From Mucilaginibacter sp. (lineage in GTDB: Bacteria > Bacteroidota > Bacteroidia > Sphingobacteriales > Sphingobacteriaceae), in NCBI GenBank assembly GCA_035545315.1, contig DASZYQ010000022.1, forward strand, positions 11,913 through 75,912: a stretch of DNA of 64,000 bases, read 5' to 3'. Below, in pieces: positions 16,610 through 25,877 of the stretch (the first letter of the stretch is position 1; the number at the start of each line of letters is the position of its first letter). The notes under the pieces were generated by a model. That model saw nothing but the letters and a program-made list of their open reading frames with translations, ran no database searches and had not been told where the DNA came from. Position numbers and translations under genes: made by a program.

Positions 16610-18232
16610 TCAGACGCCTAACAGCAGCCTTGCCGGGTCTTCCAATAATTGCTTTACGCGTACCAGGAAGCTTACCGATTCGCGCCCGTCGATGATGCGG
16701 TGGTCGTACGACAGCGCTACATACATCATCGGCCTGATCACCACCTGTCCATTCACTGCTACAGGGCGCTCGATGATATTGTGCATACCCAAAATAGCCG
16801 ACTGCGGCGAATTGATGATTGGCGTCGACATCATTGAGCCAAACACACCCCCATTGGTAATGGTGAAGGTTCCTCCTGTCATCTCCTCGATGGTCAGCTT
16901 ATTATCCCGCGCCTTAACCGCCAAAGCAGCCACAGCTTTTTCAATGTCGGCCAGGCTCATGCTGTCAGCGTTGCGGATAACCGGAACTACCAGCCCTTTC
17001 GGCGCTGAAACGGCAATCGAAATGTCGGCAAAATTGCTGTACACGACTTCCTCACCCTCAATACGCGCGCCTACCGCCGGCCATTCCTTCAATGCCTCGC
17101 AAACGGCTTTGGTAAAGAACGACATAAAGCCCAGGCCCACGCCATGTTTTTCTTTGAATTTATCCTTGTATTTGGCGCGCAGCTCCATGATCGGCGACAT
17201 ATCCACCTCGTTAAAGGTGGTCAGCATAGCCGTCTCATTCTTCACTGTAACCAGCCTGCGTGCCACCGTTTTGCGCAGCGGCGACATTTTCTCTCTGCGT
17301 TCCCTGGAGTCCAGAGTTTTCGGAGCAGCGACTTCCGGCTTCAGACCTCCGGCTTCAGACTTCTGACCTCCGACTTCCGACTTCAATCTTCCTCCCTGCG
17401 GGTTTTCGGATACCATGTCGGCGGTAACGGCGGTCATCGCATCGGCCTTCGTAATCCTGCCGCCAACGCCTGTACCGGCTATATCTTTAGCAGCAATGCC
17501 TTTTTCATCTAATATCTTCGCAGCCGCAGGCGATGGTGTTCCTGAAGCGTAAGTCTTTTCTGTAGTAGCAGGCGCAGGGGCGACGGCAGTTTGCTGTACT
17601 GGCGCCCCTGTCGTTGGGGCCGGAGCGGCTGCAGCGTCTGCACCTTCAATAGTGCAAACCACAGCGCCAATAGGCAGCACATCGCCTTCTTTCGCAATAG
17701 TTTTTAATGTTCCGGCTTTTTCGGCGGTCAGCTCAAAAGTAGCTTTGTCCGATTCGAGCTCAGCAATGGCTTCGTCCATAGCTACCTGTTCGCCGTCCTT
17801 TTTCAGCCAGCGCGACAAAGTCACCTCGTTGATCGATTCGCCAACGGGGGGCACTTTTACCTGCAACGAACCGCCTTCGCCCGTCACAGGAACGGCCACA
17901 GCAGGCGCAGGGGCCGGTGCGTTGGCCACGACTTCGGGCTGAGGGTGCGATGCAGCAGGCTGTGCCGGTGCGGCTTCCTTAACCGGGGCAGCGGCGCCAC
18001 CTTCATCAATGCTCGCCACCACGGCGCCGATAGCCAGCGTGTCGCCCTCGTTGGCCACAGTTTTCAAAGTCCCCGCTTTTTCGGCAGTCAGCTCAAAGGT
18101 AGCCTTGTCCGATTCGAGTTCGGCAATTACCTCGTCCATAGCAACGCTGTCGCCGTCTTTTTTCAGCCAGCGCGAAAGGGTTACCTCGGTTATCGACTCG
18201 CCCACCGGCGGAACTTTTATTTCTAAACTCAT
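16610..18232 (-). CDS. sucB: 2-oxoglutarate dehydrogenase E2 (dihydrolipoyl succinyltransferase) with two lipoyl domains
   Basis: Two ELESDKAT lipoyl motifs; E3-binding domain [12 protein letters not shown]; catalytic DHRIIDG. Confidence 0.97.
   Translation of the reverse strand: MSLEIKVPPVGESITEVTLSRWLKKDGDSVAMDEVIAELESDKATFELTAEKAGTLKTVANEGDTLAIGAVVASIDEGGAAAPVKEAAPAQPAASHPQPEVVANAPAPAPAVAVPVTGEGGSLQVKVPPVGESINEVTLSRWLKKDGEQVAMDEAIAELESDKATFELTAEKAGTLKTIAKEGDVLPIGAVVCTIEGADAAAAPAPTTGAPVQQTAVAPAPATTEKTYASGTPSPAAAKILDEKGIAAKDIAGTGVGGRITKADAMTAVTADMVSENPQGGRLKSEVGGQKSEAGGLKPEVAAPKTLDSRERREKMSPLRKTVARRLVTVKNETAMLTTFNEVDMSPIMELRAKYKDKFKEKHGVGLGFMSFFTKAVCEALKEWPAVGARIEGEEVVYSNFADISIAVSAPKGLVVPVIRNADSMSLADIEKAVAALAVKARDNKLTIEEMTGGTFTITNGGVFGSMMSTPIINSPQSAILGMHNIIERPVAVNGQVVIRPMMYVALSYDHRIIDGRESVSFLVRVKQLLEDPARLLLGV
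17330..17385. repeat. Eight-unit heptamer repeat inside the sucB linker
   Basis: GACTTCC GGCTTCA GACCTCC GGCTTCA GACTTCT GACCTCC GACTTCC GACTTCA; encodes [18 protein letters not shown]. Confidence 0.85.
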
Positions 18233-18243
18233 AGTAGTGTAGG

Positions 18244-18278
18244 TTTTACGTATTACGTTGGACGTTTTACGTTTATGG
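18244..18278. repeat. Degenerate heptamer repeat in the sucA-sucB gap
   Basis: TTTTACG TATTACG TTGGACG TTTTACG TTTATGG, 11 nt upstream of the sucB ATG. Confidence 0.65.
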
Positions 18279-18314
18279 GTCGTAAGTTTAATAATGTTCA
18301 GTCAATTCAACGTA

Positions 18315-21116
18315 TTAATCAGCGGCCACTTTAGCCATTTTAGCGGTTGTTCTTTTTACGTTTTTTTCCAATTGCTCGCCTGCAGGCGACTCGAACGCTT
18401 TGCTGATAATGTGCAACTGCTGAGCGGCATGCTGCTTGGCAAAACCGGTAGCCGTGCTGGCGCTCGCATTGCGCGATATTACATCCAACTGCAGCTCGCT
18501 TTTGCGGAAAGTACGGCACATATATGGCCAAGCGCCCATATTTTCCGGTTCTTCCTGCGTCCAGAAAAATTCCATCGCTTTGCTGTATTTGGCCTTGATC
18601 TTCAGCATCTGCTGCTCAGGAGTTGGATAAAGCTGTTCAACACGTACAACGGCCACATCCTTCCGTTCGTCGGTCTGCTGCTTTTCCAGCAATTCGTAAT
18701 ACAATTTACCCGAAACGAACAGCACACGTTTTACCTTTTTAGGATCGGCATAATTATCGTCGATCACTTCCTGGAAATGCCCTTCGGTAAAATCTTCCAG
18801 CGGAGAAACGCATTTTGGCGCACGTAACAGGCTCTTTGGCGTAAAAATGATCAGCGGTTTGCGGAACTCACGGTGCAATTGCCTTCTTAAAACATGGAAG
18901 AAATTGGCCGGCGTGGTACAATTGGCTACCTGGATATTGTTGTCGGCGCAAAGCTCCATAAAGCGTTCGATGCGTGCCGACGAATGCTCCGGCCCCTGGC
19001 CTTCATAACCATGAGGTAGCAGCATCACCAAACCGTTGCCGCGCTGCCATTTGGTTTCGGCGCTGGCCACGTATTGGTCGACAATGATCTGCGCGCCGTT
19101 AAAGAAGTCGCCGAACTGTGCTTCCCAAATGGTCAGCGAATTGGGATTGGCCAGTGCATAACCATATTCAAAACCCAAAACGCCATATTCGGATAACAGC
19201 GAATTGTATATGCTGAATTTAGCTCCGGTGCCCAAAGTTTCCAGCGGTGTGTACTCTTCTTCCGAATCGACCAGGGTCAAAACAGCATGGCGATGCGAGA
19301 ATGTGCCGCGCTTTACGTCCTCACCGCTCAATCGGACCGAATGCCCTTCTTTCAGCAGCGTTCCGTAAGCCAGCAATTCGCCCATAGCCCAGTCAAAACT
19401 ATGCGTCTTATTAACCATTTTGCTGCGCTCGTCGAAAAGTTTTTCGATCTTTTTGAAAAATTCCTTGTCTTTGGGCAGCGTGGTTATTTTTTTGCCTATG
19501 TCGAGCAGTTCTTCTTGGGATACCCCGGTTTTAACCGGTGTGCCGAAGTCCTGGCTTGTGGCGAGGTGTAATCCCTCCCATGCGCCCTCGAACATATGAA
19601 TGCTCTCGGTAAATTTTTCCTCCGCCTTAGATTCGTCCAGCTTTTGCTGCAGCAGGTCGCGGAAGTTTTTTTCCATTATTTTGGCCTGGTCAGCGTTGAT
19701 AGTTCCCTGCTCCAGCAAGTGCTGGTAATAAATATCGCGCGGGTTAGGATGCGCCTCGATAGCCTTGTACAATAAAGGCTGTGTGAATTTCGGCTCGTCC
19801 GACTCGTTATGACCATACCTGCGGTAACACAGGATGTCGATGAATACATCGTCGTGAAACGTCTGGCGGTATTCCATCGCCAGGTTGATGGTATAAACCA
19901 ATGCTTCTACATCATCGCCGTTTACGTGGAAAACAGGCGAAAGCACCGTTTTTGCGATGTCCGTACAATAAGTGCTCGACCGCGCGTCCTTATAGTTGGT
20001 CGTAAAACCGATCTGGTTATTGATCACGAGGTGAATGGTGCCTCCGGTGCGGTAACCTTCCAGCTTTTCCATCTGCAGCACTTCGTAAACAATACCCTGG
20101 CCCGCCACCGAGGCGTCGCCATGGATCAGTATCGGCGCTATGCTTGAATAATCATTGGCGTATTTGAAGTCGATCTTGGAACGGGTAAGGCCTTCCACCA
20201 CCGGATCGACCGCTTCCAGGTGCGATGGGTTCGGGCAAAGACTCAAGTGAACATTTTTGCCGTTTTTGGCTACTATATCTGTTGAATAACCCAGGTGGTA
20301 TTTTACATCGCCGCCCATGCCTGCTTCCGCATCGTAGTTTTTACCCTCAAACTCAGAGAATATCTCCTTATAGGTTTTTTCCATGATGTTGGCCAGCACG
20401 TTCAATCGCCCGCGATGCGCCATACCTATCACAAATTCCTGTATGCCAAGTTCCGCCCCCTTTTGGATAACGGAGTCGAGCGCGGGTATCAACGCCTCGG
20501 CGCCTTCCAGTGAAAAACGCTTCTGACCAAGAAATTTGGTACCGAGGAAATTCTCAAATATCACCGCATGGTTCAGCTTATCCAGCATGCGCAATTTTTC
20601 TTCGGTCGTAAACGAAGGCGTGTTGCGCCTGCTTTCCATCCGGTCTTCGAACCATTTGGTCTTGATAGGATTGCGGATGTACTTGTATTCGGCGCCGATG
20701 GACTGGCTATAGGTTTGTTCCAGCACCTCACGAATGTCGCGCAATTTGGCAGGCCCCAATCCCAGCTCGACACCGGCATTAAACACCGTGTCCATATCCG
20801 ACTCTTCCAGTCCGAAAGTTTCGAGCTCTTTGCCCGGATAATACTTGCGCCGTTCGCGTACGGGGTTGGTTTTGGTAAACAAATGCCCCCGGCTGCGGTA
20901 ACCGTTGATCATGTTCAGCACATTGATCTCCTTCAGGATATGCTCCGGCGTTTCTCCGCCGCCGGCTGCTGCCGCGGGCGTTTCGTGACCGAAATCAAAA
21001 CCTTCGAAGAACTTTTGCCAGCCATAATCGACTGAGGCGGGGTCTTGTTTGTACGATTCGTATAAAGAATTAATGTAGGCAGCGTTTCCGCTGTTAATAT
21101 AATTGTGGGAATCCAT
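18315..21116 (-). CDS. sucA: 2-oxoglutarate dehydrogenase E1
   Basis: KRFSLEG, GMAHRGRLN, HGDASVAGQG TPP motif, WEAQFGDF, LLPHGYEGQGPEHSS. Confidence 0.98.
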   Translation of the reverse strand: MDSHNYINSGNAAYINSLYESYKQDPASVDYGWQKFFEGFDFGHETPAAAAGGGETPEHILKEINVLNMINGYRSRGHLFTKTNPVRERRKYYPGKELETFGLEESDMDTVFNAGVELGLGPAKLRDIREVLEQTYSQSIGAEYKYIRNPIKTKWFEDRMESRRNTPSFTTEEKLRMLDKLNHAVIFENFLGTKFLGQKRFSLEGAEALIPALDSVIQKGAELGIQEFVIGMAHRGRLNVLANIMEKTYKEIFSEFEGKNYDAEAGMGGDVKYHLGYSTDIVAKNGKNVHLSLCPNPSHLEAVDPVVEGLTRSKIDFKYANDYSSIAPILIHGDASVAGQGIVYEVLQMEKLEGYRTGGTIHLVINNQIGFTTNYKDARSSTYCTDIAKTVLSPVFHVNGDDVEALVYTINLAMEYRQTFHDDVFIDILCYRRYGHNESDEPKFTQPLLYKAIEAHPNPRDIYYQHLLEQGTINADQAKIMEKNFRDLLQQKLDESKAEEKFTESIHMFEGAWEGLHLATSQDFGTPVKTGVSQEELLDIGKKITTLPKDKEFFKKIEKLFDERSKMVNKTHSFDWAMGELLAYGTLLKEGHSVRLSGEDVKRGTFSHRHAVLTLVDSEEEYTPLETLGTGAKFSIYNSLLSEYGVLGFEYGYALANPNSLTIWEAQFGDFFNGAQIIVDQYVASAETKWQRGNGLVMLLPHGYEGQGPEHSSARIERFMELCADNNIQVANCTTPANFFHVLRRQLHREFRKPLIIFTPKSLLRAPKCVSPLEDFTEGHFQEVIDDNYADPKKVKRVLFVSGKLYYELLEKQQTDERKDVAVVRVEQLYPTPEQQMLKIKAKYSKAMEFFWTQEEPENMGAWPYMCRTFRKSELQLDVISRNASASTATGFAKQHAAQQLHIISKAFESPAGEQLEKNVKRTTAKMAKVAAD

Positions 21117-21142
21117 GTCGAATCCTGTCTAAAAAATCGCTA

Positions 21143-21150
21143 CAAAAGTA
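21143..21150 (-). promoter_or_regulatory. -7 promoter element for sucAB
   Basis: TACTTTTG matches TAnnTTTG, 26 nt upstream of the ATG. Confidence 0.55.
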
Positions 21151-21365
21151 ACTATATCCGATTGTAAACTTGGTAATTTATTTTTCAAAAGGCAAGCGTA
21201 AGCGGGTTTTGAGGCTGAATGCTTAAAAAATGCGGTATGTTTTATACCGATTGGTACGATTCTGGTGTTTTTTCGATGCGGATTTTAGGGCCGGTCAAAC
21301 CGAAGAAGTCTGTCTAATCGGCATTTTTTTTTGCGGGGGAATTTAATCGAGCCCATATTTGGGAG

Positions 21366-22676
21366 TCAGACGGTTACCAGTTGGTCGCTGCTATCCGGCA
21401 GCCACGTATTAATAAAGTCGCTTTCCGTTTCCAGGTCATCAGCTTCTTTTACACCTGTAAAGAATTTACTGTCGCGTGTATCGTTTGCGACACCTGCCAC
21501 AAATGCCCAGTTCCCCCAATTGCTCGCCGGTGAATAGTCGATAAGCTTTTCTTCGAAATATAAAGCCCCATTCGTCCAGTCGACCTTCAGGTTGCCGATT
21601 AAAAACGCAGCCACTGCCTGGCGCTTAAAATTATTAATGTAGCCGGTGGCATTCAGTTTGTGCATGGCGGCGTCAACAAAAGGCACGCCTGTATTACCGT
21701 TTTTCCATTGCTCAAAAAGCTCCTGCTGGTTTGGGGCGACTTCCGGCGCTTCGTCTTTAAATCCCTGCGGTCTGAAAAACTGCCTGCCATATTTTTTAAA
21801 CATGAAACGAAAATAGTCCCGCCACAGCAACTCAAGTATCAGCGGCAAATTGGAGGCATGCGTATGATTGGTCCGCTTCATGGCTTCGTGGTATACCATC
21901 CGCTGCGAAAGACAACCCAGCGATATCCATGCCGACAACCGTGAAGGGTTGTCATTATGATGCTTTGAATATCTATTCGGTTGATTGGGCTCCAGGCCTT
22001 CGATATAATGGCGTAACTGATCTAATGCCGTCGTTTCACCGCCCCGGTAATGAAAATCCGCACGGGGATCCTCTGCCGGTTCGGTCAAACCGAGGTCTGC
22101 CAACGTTGGAATTGCACCTGCGTCTGTAATTTCCGGCACACTGATATGCACCGGCGTTTCGAAACACGGTCTCACCTCGCTGTCGCGTTCTACCTTCTTT
22201 TTAAATGTACCGAAGCTGTCGGGTATATCCTTGATAGGGAAAGGCAGGTCCTCCTTATGATAGAGCGTATGGCCGATAAAGTGTTTCAGGTTTAGTTTGA
22301 TCTTCCATAGCGCAGCCTCTACCGCTTCGGATATTTCGGTCTCTTCGTACGCCACCTCGCGGTGATGGTAAACCTCGCTTACCTGGTATTGCTGCGCGAG
22401 TTGAGGCAATACCTCTGCAGGGTCGCCGATGCGGACCACAAGATCGCCGCCGAGCTTCCGGAGGTTGTCGCGCAGGTCGGCCACCGACTCCAGCAGGAAA
22501 CGGGCACGAATATTGCCCGTCCTGAGCGTTCCGGCTGGGGTGCGCTTAAAATAAAATGGGTCGATGCAATATACCGGGAGCACTTTATCGGCTTTGCGCA
22601 AAGCCTCTGACAATATTTCGTTATCATGAACCCGCAGGTCGTTTCGAAACCAAACCAATATTGTTTTCTCACTCAT
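21366..22676 (-). CDS. DASH-family cryptochrome (divergent)
   Basis: WFRNDLRVHDN, HHREVAYEE, ELLWRDYF, LIDYSPASNWGNW motifs. Confidence 0.85.
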   Translation of the reverse strand: MSEKTILVWFRNDLRVHDNEILSEALRKADKVLPVYCIDPFYFKRTPAGTLRTGNIRARFLLESVADLRDNLRKLGGDLVVRIGDPAEVLPQLAQQYQVSEVYHHREVAYEETEISEAVEAALWKIKLNLKHFIGHTLYHKEDLPFPIKDIPDSFGTFKKKVERDSEVRPCFETPVHISVPEITDAGAIPTLADLGLTEPAEDPRADFHYRGGETTALDQLRHYIEGLEPNQPNRYSKHHNDNPSRLSAWISLGCLSQRMVYHEAMKRTNHTHASNLPLILELLWRDYFRFMFKKYGRQFFRPQGFKDEAPEVAPNQQELFEQWKNGNTGVPFVDAAMHKLNATGYINNFKRQAVAAFLIGNLKVDWTNGALYFEEKLIDYSPASNWGNWAFVAGVANDTRDSKFFTGVKEADDLETESDFINTWLPDSSDQLVTV

Positions 22677-22795
22677 AATACCTTAAACGGAAGATGCGCC
22701 GATCGGTTAACCCGCAAATTTGCATTTTTTTGGGCGAAAGCGTAAATGCCCCCGATTATTTGACACGGGAGCAACATTTGACCTTATCACCGGGT

Positions 22796-22840
22796 ATTGA
22801 CAATGCGACATTTTATCCCTACATTTGGTAAAATTGTCGC
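22796..22840 (+). promoter_or_regulatory. TA operon promoter with overlapping inverted repeat
   Basis: TTG (22797-99), 20-nt spacer, TACATTTG (22820-27); arms GCGACATTTTA and TAAAATTGTCGC flank the -7 box. Confidence 0.65.
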
Positions 22841-22842
22841 TA

Positions 22843-23307
22843 ATGAGAACGGTAGAAAAAAAGAGAAAAGCAGCAACGCCATTAAGCCTCATCAGCCTTT
22901 TAGGCGGCGAAAGCATCGTCAATCACCCTGTCCGTTCCGAGTTCGACCTGATATCGCTCAGTAACGAAGGCCTTTCTAAAGCCTCGGTCGATGCGCTGGT
23001 GGACCACCTCGGCATCTCGCGCAAAGCATTTTCCGAAAACATCCTGGATATTTCTGTAAAAACCCTGGAGCGTAAAAAAATTACGGACAAGCTGGATAAG
23101 CGCACTTCGTCGCACGTGATCGAAATCGCCAAAGTAGTTGAACATGCATTTGAAGTGTTTGAAGATGAGGACAGCGTAAAACAATGGCTCAACACAGCCA
23201 ACCGCGCTCTCGGTGGTATTAAGCCAATCGACCTGTTTTATATTCCCACGGGCCTGGGTCTTGTGGACGATATTTTAGGGCGCATCGAATACGGCGTTTA
23301 TTCGTGA
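22843..23307 (+). CDS. Xre/MbcA/ParS-type antitoxin
   Basis: N-terminal Xre-like HTH (LGISRKAFSENILDISVKTLER); C-terminal AFEVFEDEDSVKQWLNTANRALGGIKPIDL...ILGRIEYGVYS. Confidence 0.92.
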   Translation: MRTVEKKRKAATPLSLISLLGGESIVNHPVRSEFDLISLSNEGLSKASVDALVDHLGISRKAFSENILDISVKTLERKKITDKLDKRTSSHVIEIAKVVEHAFEVFEDEDSVKQWLNTANRALGGIKPIDLFYIPTGLGLVDDILGRIEYGVYS

Positions 23308-23786
23308 TGATCGTATTCAGGATAGCCAAATCAGAAGACCGTGTGCGTGATCTGTCCGGCTACGGCGCGTTCAGAAACGGCGGCCGGTGGAACAGCAAGG
23401 GCACTTATATGCTGTATACCAGCATGAATAGCTCGCTCGCGTACCTGGAGAGTCTGGTGCATTTTGATGAATCCTTTTTTCCTCCCAATCTCTTCGTTGC
23501 CGCCATCCAGCTACCCGATGATGACAAATTGATCTATACATTACCCGTCAAAAATTATCCCAAAGAGTGGCAGTTGCCCGAGAATTCCGAAAACAAAACG
23601 ATCGGCGACAGGTGGATACATGAACGGAAATACCTGGCTTTTAAAGTGCGGTCGGCCGTAAACCCATCGGAATATAATTTCCTGCTGAACCCGCTTTATC
23701 CGGATTACAACGATTTAGTAAAGATCGCTTCGATCGAGGCATTGAAAACGGATGCGAGGCTAAGGAAGCCTAATTCTTATATCTAA
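23307..23786 (+). CDS. RES domain toxin (MbcT/ParT-like NAD+ phosphorylase/ADP-ribosyltransferase family)
   Basis: FRI...GGRWNSKG...YTS...LAYLESLVH...RSAV...LLNP; TGATG stop/start overlap with the antitoxin. Confidence 0.92.
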   Translation: MIVFRIAKSEDRVRDLSGYGAFRNGGRWNSKGTYMLYTSMNSSLAYLESLVHFDESFFPPNLFVAAIQLPDDDKLIYTLPVKNYPKEWQLPENSENKTIGDRWIHERKYLAFKVRSAVNPSEYNFLLNPLYPDYNDLVKIASIEALKTDARLRKPNSYI

Positions 23787-24030
23787 GCACTTTTGAACAC
23801 GCGAAACGTAGGTATTATGAATACCACATATATTGCTTACCTTTAAAAAGTCATATCGCAGCTTGGTTTAAGGGCTTGTTGCAGGCAGCTTCTTCGGAAG
23901 CATGCCGATGGATTCAGAAAAAACGACATCGCGTTGGCGGCACGAACACCTATGATTGTCGCGGTTTTTACGGGCTCGGTTTTTACGCATTTTTATAAAA
24001 CAGCAATACATTTTTTATTGTTGAGCATAA

Positions 24031-24936
24031 ATGAGAATATTACTTGCCGGAGTAAACAGCTATGTCGGCCGACGCCTCATCCCCTTTTTAGCTGAAATGG
24101 GGCACGAAGTAATTTGTCTGGTCCGCGACAAGAGCCTGTTTGGTATGCACAAGGCCGTCCCCGGTAAAGTAACGACCATTGCCGGCGACTTGCTCCGCGC
24201 ACAAACGCTCACCTCTTTTCCCAAAGATATCGATGCCGCCTTTTACCTGGTAAACAGCTTGTCGCATACATCAGGGTTTGCCGGGTTAGAGGCGCTTTGC
24301 GCCCGTAATTTTACCGACGAGCTAAACAAGACCGAATGCAGGCAGGTGATCACCCTTAGCGGGATACATCGTCATTCGTCACCGGCTGCTTCGTCACGCC
24401 AGCATGTTGAAGAAATTCTCGTTACCGGTAAAGCGGCGCTTACCGTGCTGCGAACAACTATGGTGATCGGTCAGGGAAGCATGGTCATGCAGCTGCTGAA
24501 TGCCATCACTGGTAAGGATACCATCATCGTGTCGCAAAACTGGCTAAAAGCATACAGCCAGCCTATTTTTGTGAATGATTTGCTGGCATACCTGGAAGCC
24601 TGCGTACTGAATGAAAAAACCTACGACCGTAAGTTCGAGATCGGCGGCCCGGATGTTTTACCTTTGCGGCAAATGATACTTACCTATATCGCTTTTCACA
24701 AACGAAACAAACCGCATATCATTACGGTTCCACTGCTCACACCGGCCATGTCGTCGTACCTGCTGAACATATTGGCGCCGGTTAGTTATACCATGGCCAA
24801 AAGCATTGTCGAAGACCTGGAGTACAATAATATTTGCCGCGATAACTCGATAAAAACCATCATCCCCAGGCATTGCGTAAATTTTAAAAGATCGCTTAGT
24901 TTGTCTGAGCAAGCGCCCGAGCCGGTGTATAATTAA
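24031..24936 (+). CDS. Atypical NAD(P)-binding SDR/epimerase-like protein
   Basis: Rossmann start RILLAGVNSYVGRRL, VICLVRD, AAFYLVNS, FEIGGPDVL. Confidence 0.75.
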   Translation: MRILLAGVNSYVGRRLIPFLAEMGHEVICLVRDKSLFGMHKAVPGKVTTIAGDLLRAQTLTSFPKDIDAAFYLVNSLSHTSGFAGLEALCARNFTDELNKTECRQVITLSGIHRHSSPAASSRQHVEEILVTGKAALTVLRTTMVIGQGSMVMQLLNAITGKDTIIVSQNWLKAYSQPIFVNDLLAYLEACVLNEKTYDRKFEIGGPDVLPLRQMILTYIAFHKRNKPHIITVPLLTPAMSSYLLNILAPVSYTMAKSIVEDLEYNNICRDNSIKTIIPRHCVNFKRSLSLSEQAPEPVYN

Positions 24937-25877
24937 TGCGTCTGTCTATGCCTGTTAAGAGTTCTGCTAAAAAAAAGCCGGGAATCCTGATAACCGGCGG
25001 AAGTGGCCATATCGGTAAGCTGCTAACGGACGAATTGCTTTTGCAGGGTTATAAGGTCAGTCAACTAAACCGAAAACCGGGTACCGGCAATAGGGTTAAG
25101 AACTGGGTATGGGACGTGGCAAAAGGCCAGATCGATGAGCGCTGCGTCGAGGGGATCGATATCGTGGTGCACCTTGCGGGCGAGAGTATCGCCGGTAAAA
25201 AGTGGACTGCCAAGCGCAAAAAGGCGATCGTAGACAGCCGGACAAAGTCAATCGAACTGTTGTACCGGGCTATGCAAAATAAGGCGAACAAGATAAATAC
25301 CATTATATCCGCTTCTGCCATAGGTTATTACGGCGACAGGGGCGATGAATTATTAAGCGAGGATGCCGCGCCGGGCAAGGGTTTTATGGCCGACTGCTGC
25401 ATCGCCTGGGAAAAAGCTGTCGATGAAGGGCGGCCGCTCGGCGTGCGTATCGTGAAATTCCGTACAGGCGTAGTACTCGACAAAAACAGCGGCGCTTTAC
25501 CCCAGTTAGCCAAACCTGTTAAACTGCTGGCCGGCTCGCCGCTTGGCAGCGGCCGTCAATGGGTACCCTGGATACATTGGCGCGATGCGGTAAAAATGTA
25601 CATTTACGCCATCGAAAATATCCATCTTACCGGAACTTATAATATGGTATCGCCGGAGCCTGTTACCAACGCAACCCTGGTAAAGGAAATTGCCCAGCGG
25701 CTGCATAAACCGCTGTGGCTTCCGAATGTTCCCGCTTTTATGCTGAAGCTGCTGCTGGGCGAAATGAGCGACATGGTTTTGTACAGCACCAAAGTATCGG
25801 CCCAAATGATCGTGGCCGACGGTTTTCAGTTTGAATACCCAAACCTGGCGGGCGCGCTTAAAGAAATTTATGGCTGA
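24936..25877 (+). CDS. TIGR01777-family (YfcH-like) epimerase/oxidoreductase
   Basis: ITGGSGHIG, HLAGESIAGKKWT, SASAIGYYG, GSGRQWVPWIH; TAATG coupling to the upstream gene. Confidence 0.9.
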   Translation: MRLSMPVKSSAKKKPGILITGGSGHIGKLLTDELLLQGYKVSQLNRKPGTGNRVKNWVWDVAKGQIDERCVEGIDIVVHLAGESIAGKKWTAKRKKAIVDSRTKSIELLYRAMQNKANKINTIISASAIGYYGDRGDELLSEDAAPGKGFMADCCIAWEKAVDEGRPLGVRIVKFRTGVVLDKNSGALPQLAKPVKLLAGSPLGSGRQWVPWIHWRDAVKMYIYAIENIHLTGTYNMVSPEPVTNATLVKEIAQRLHKPLWLPNVPAFMLKLLLGEMSDMVLYSTKVSAQMIVADGFQFEYPNLAGALKEIYG

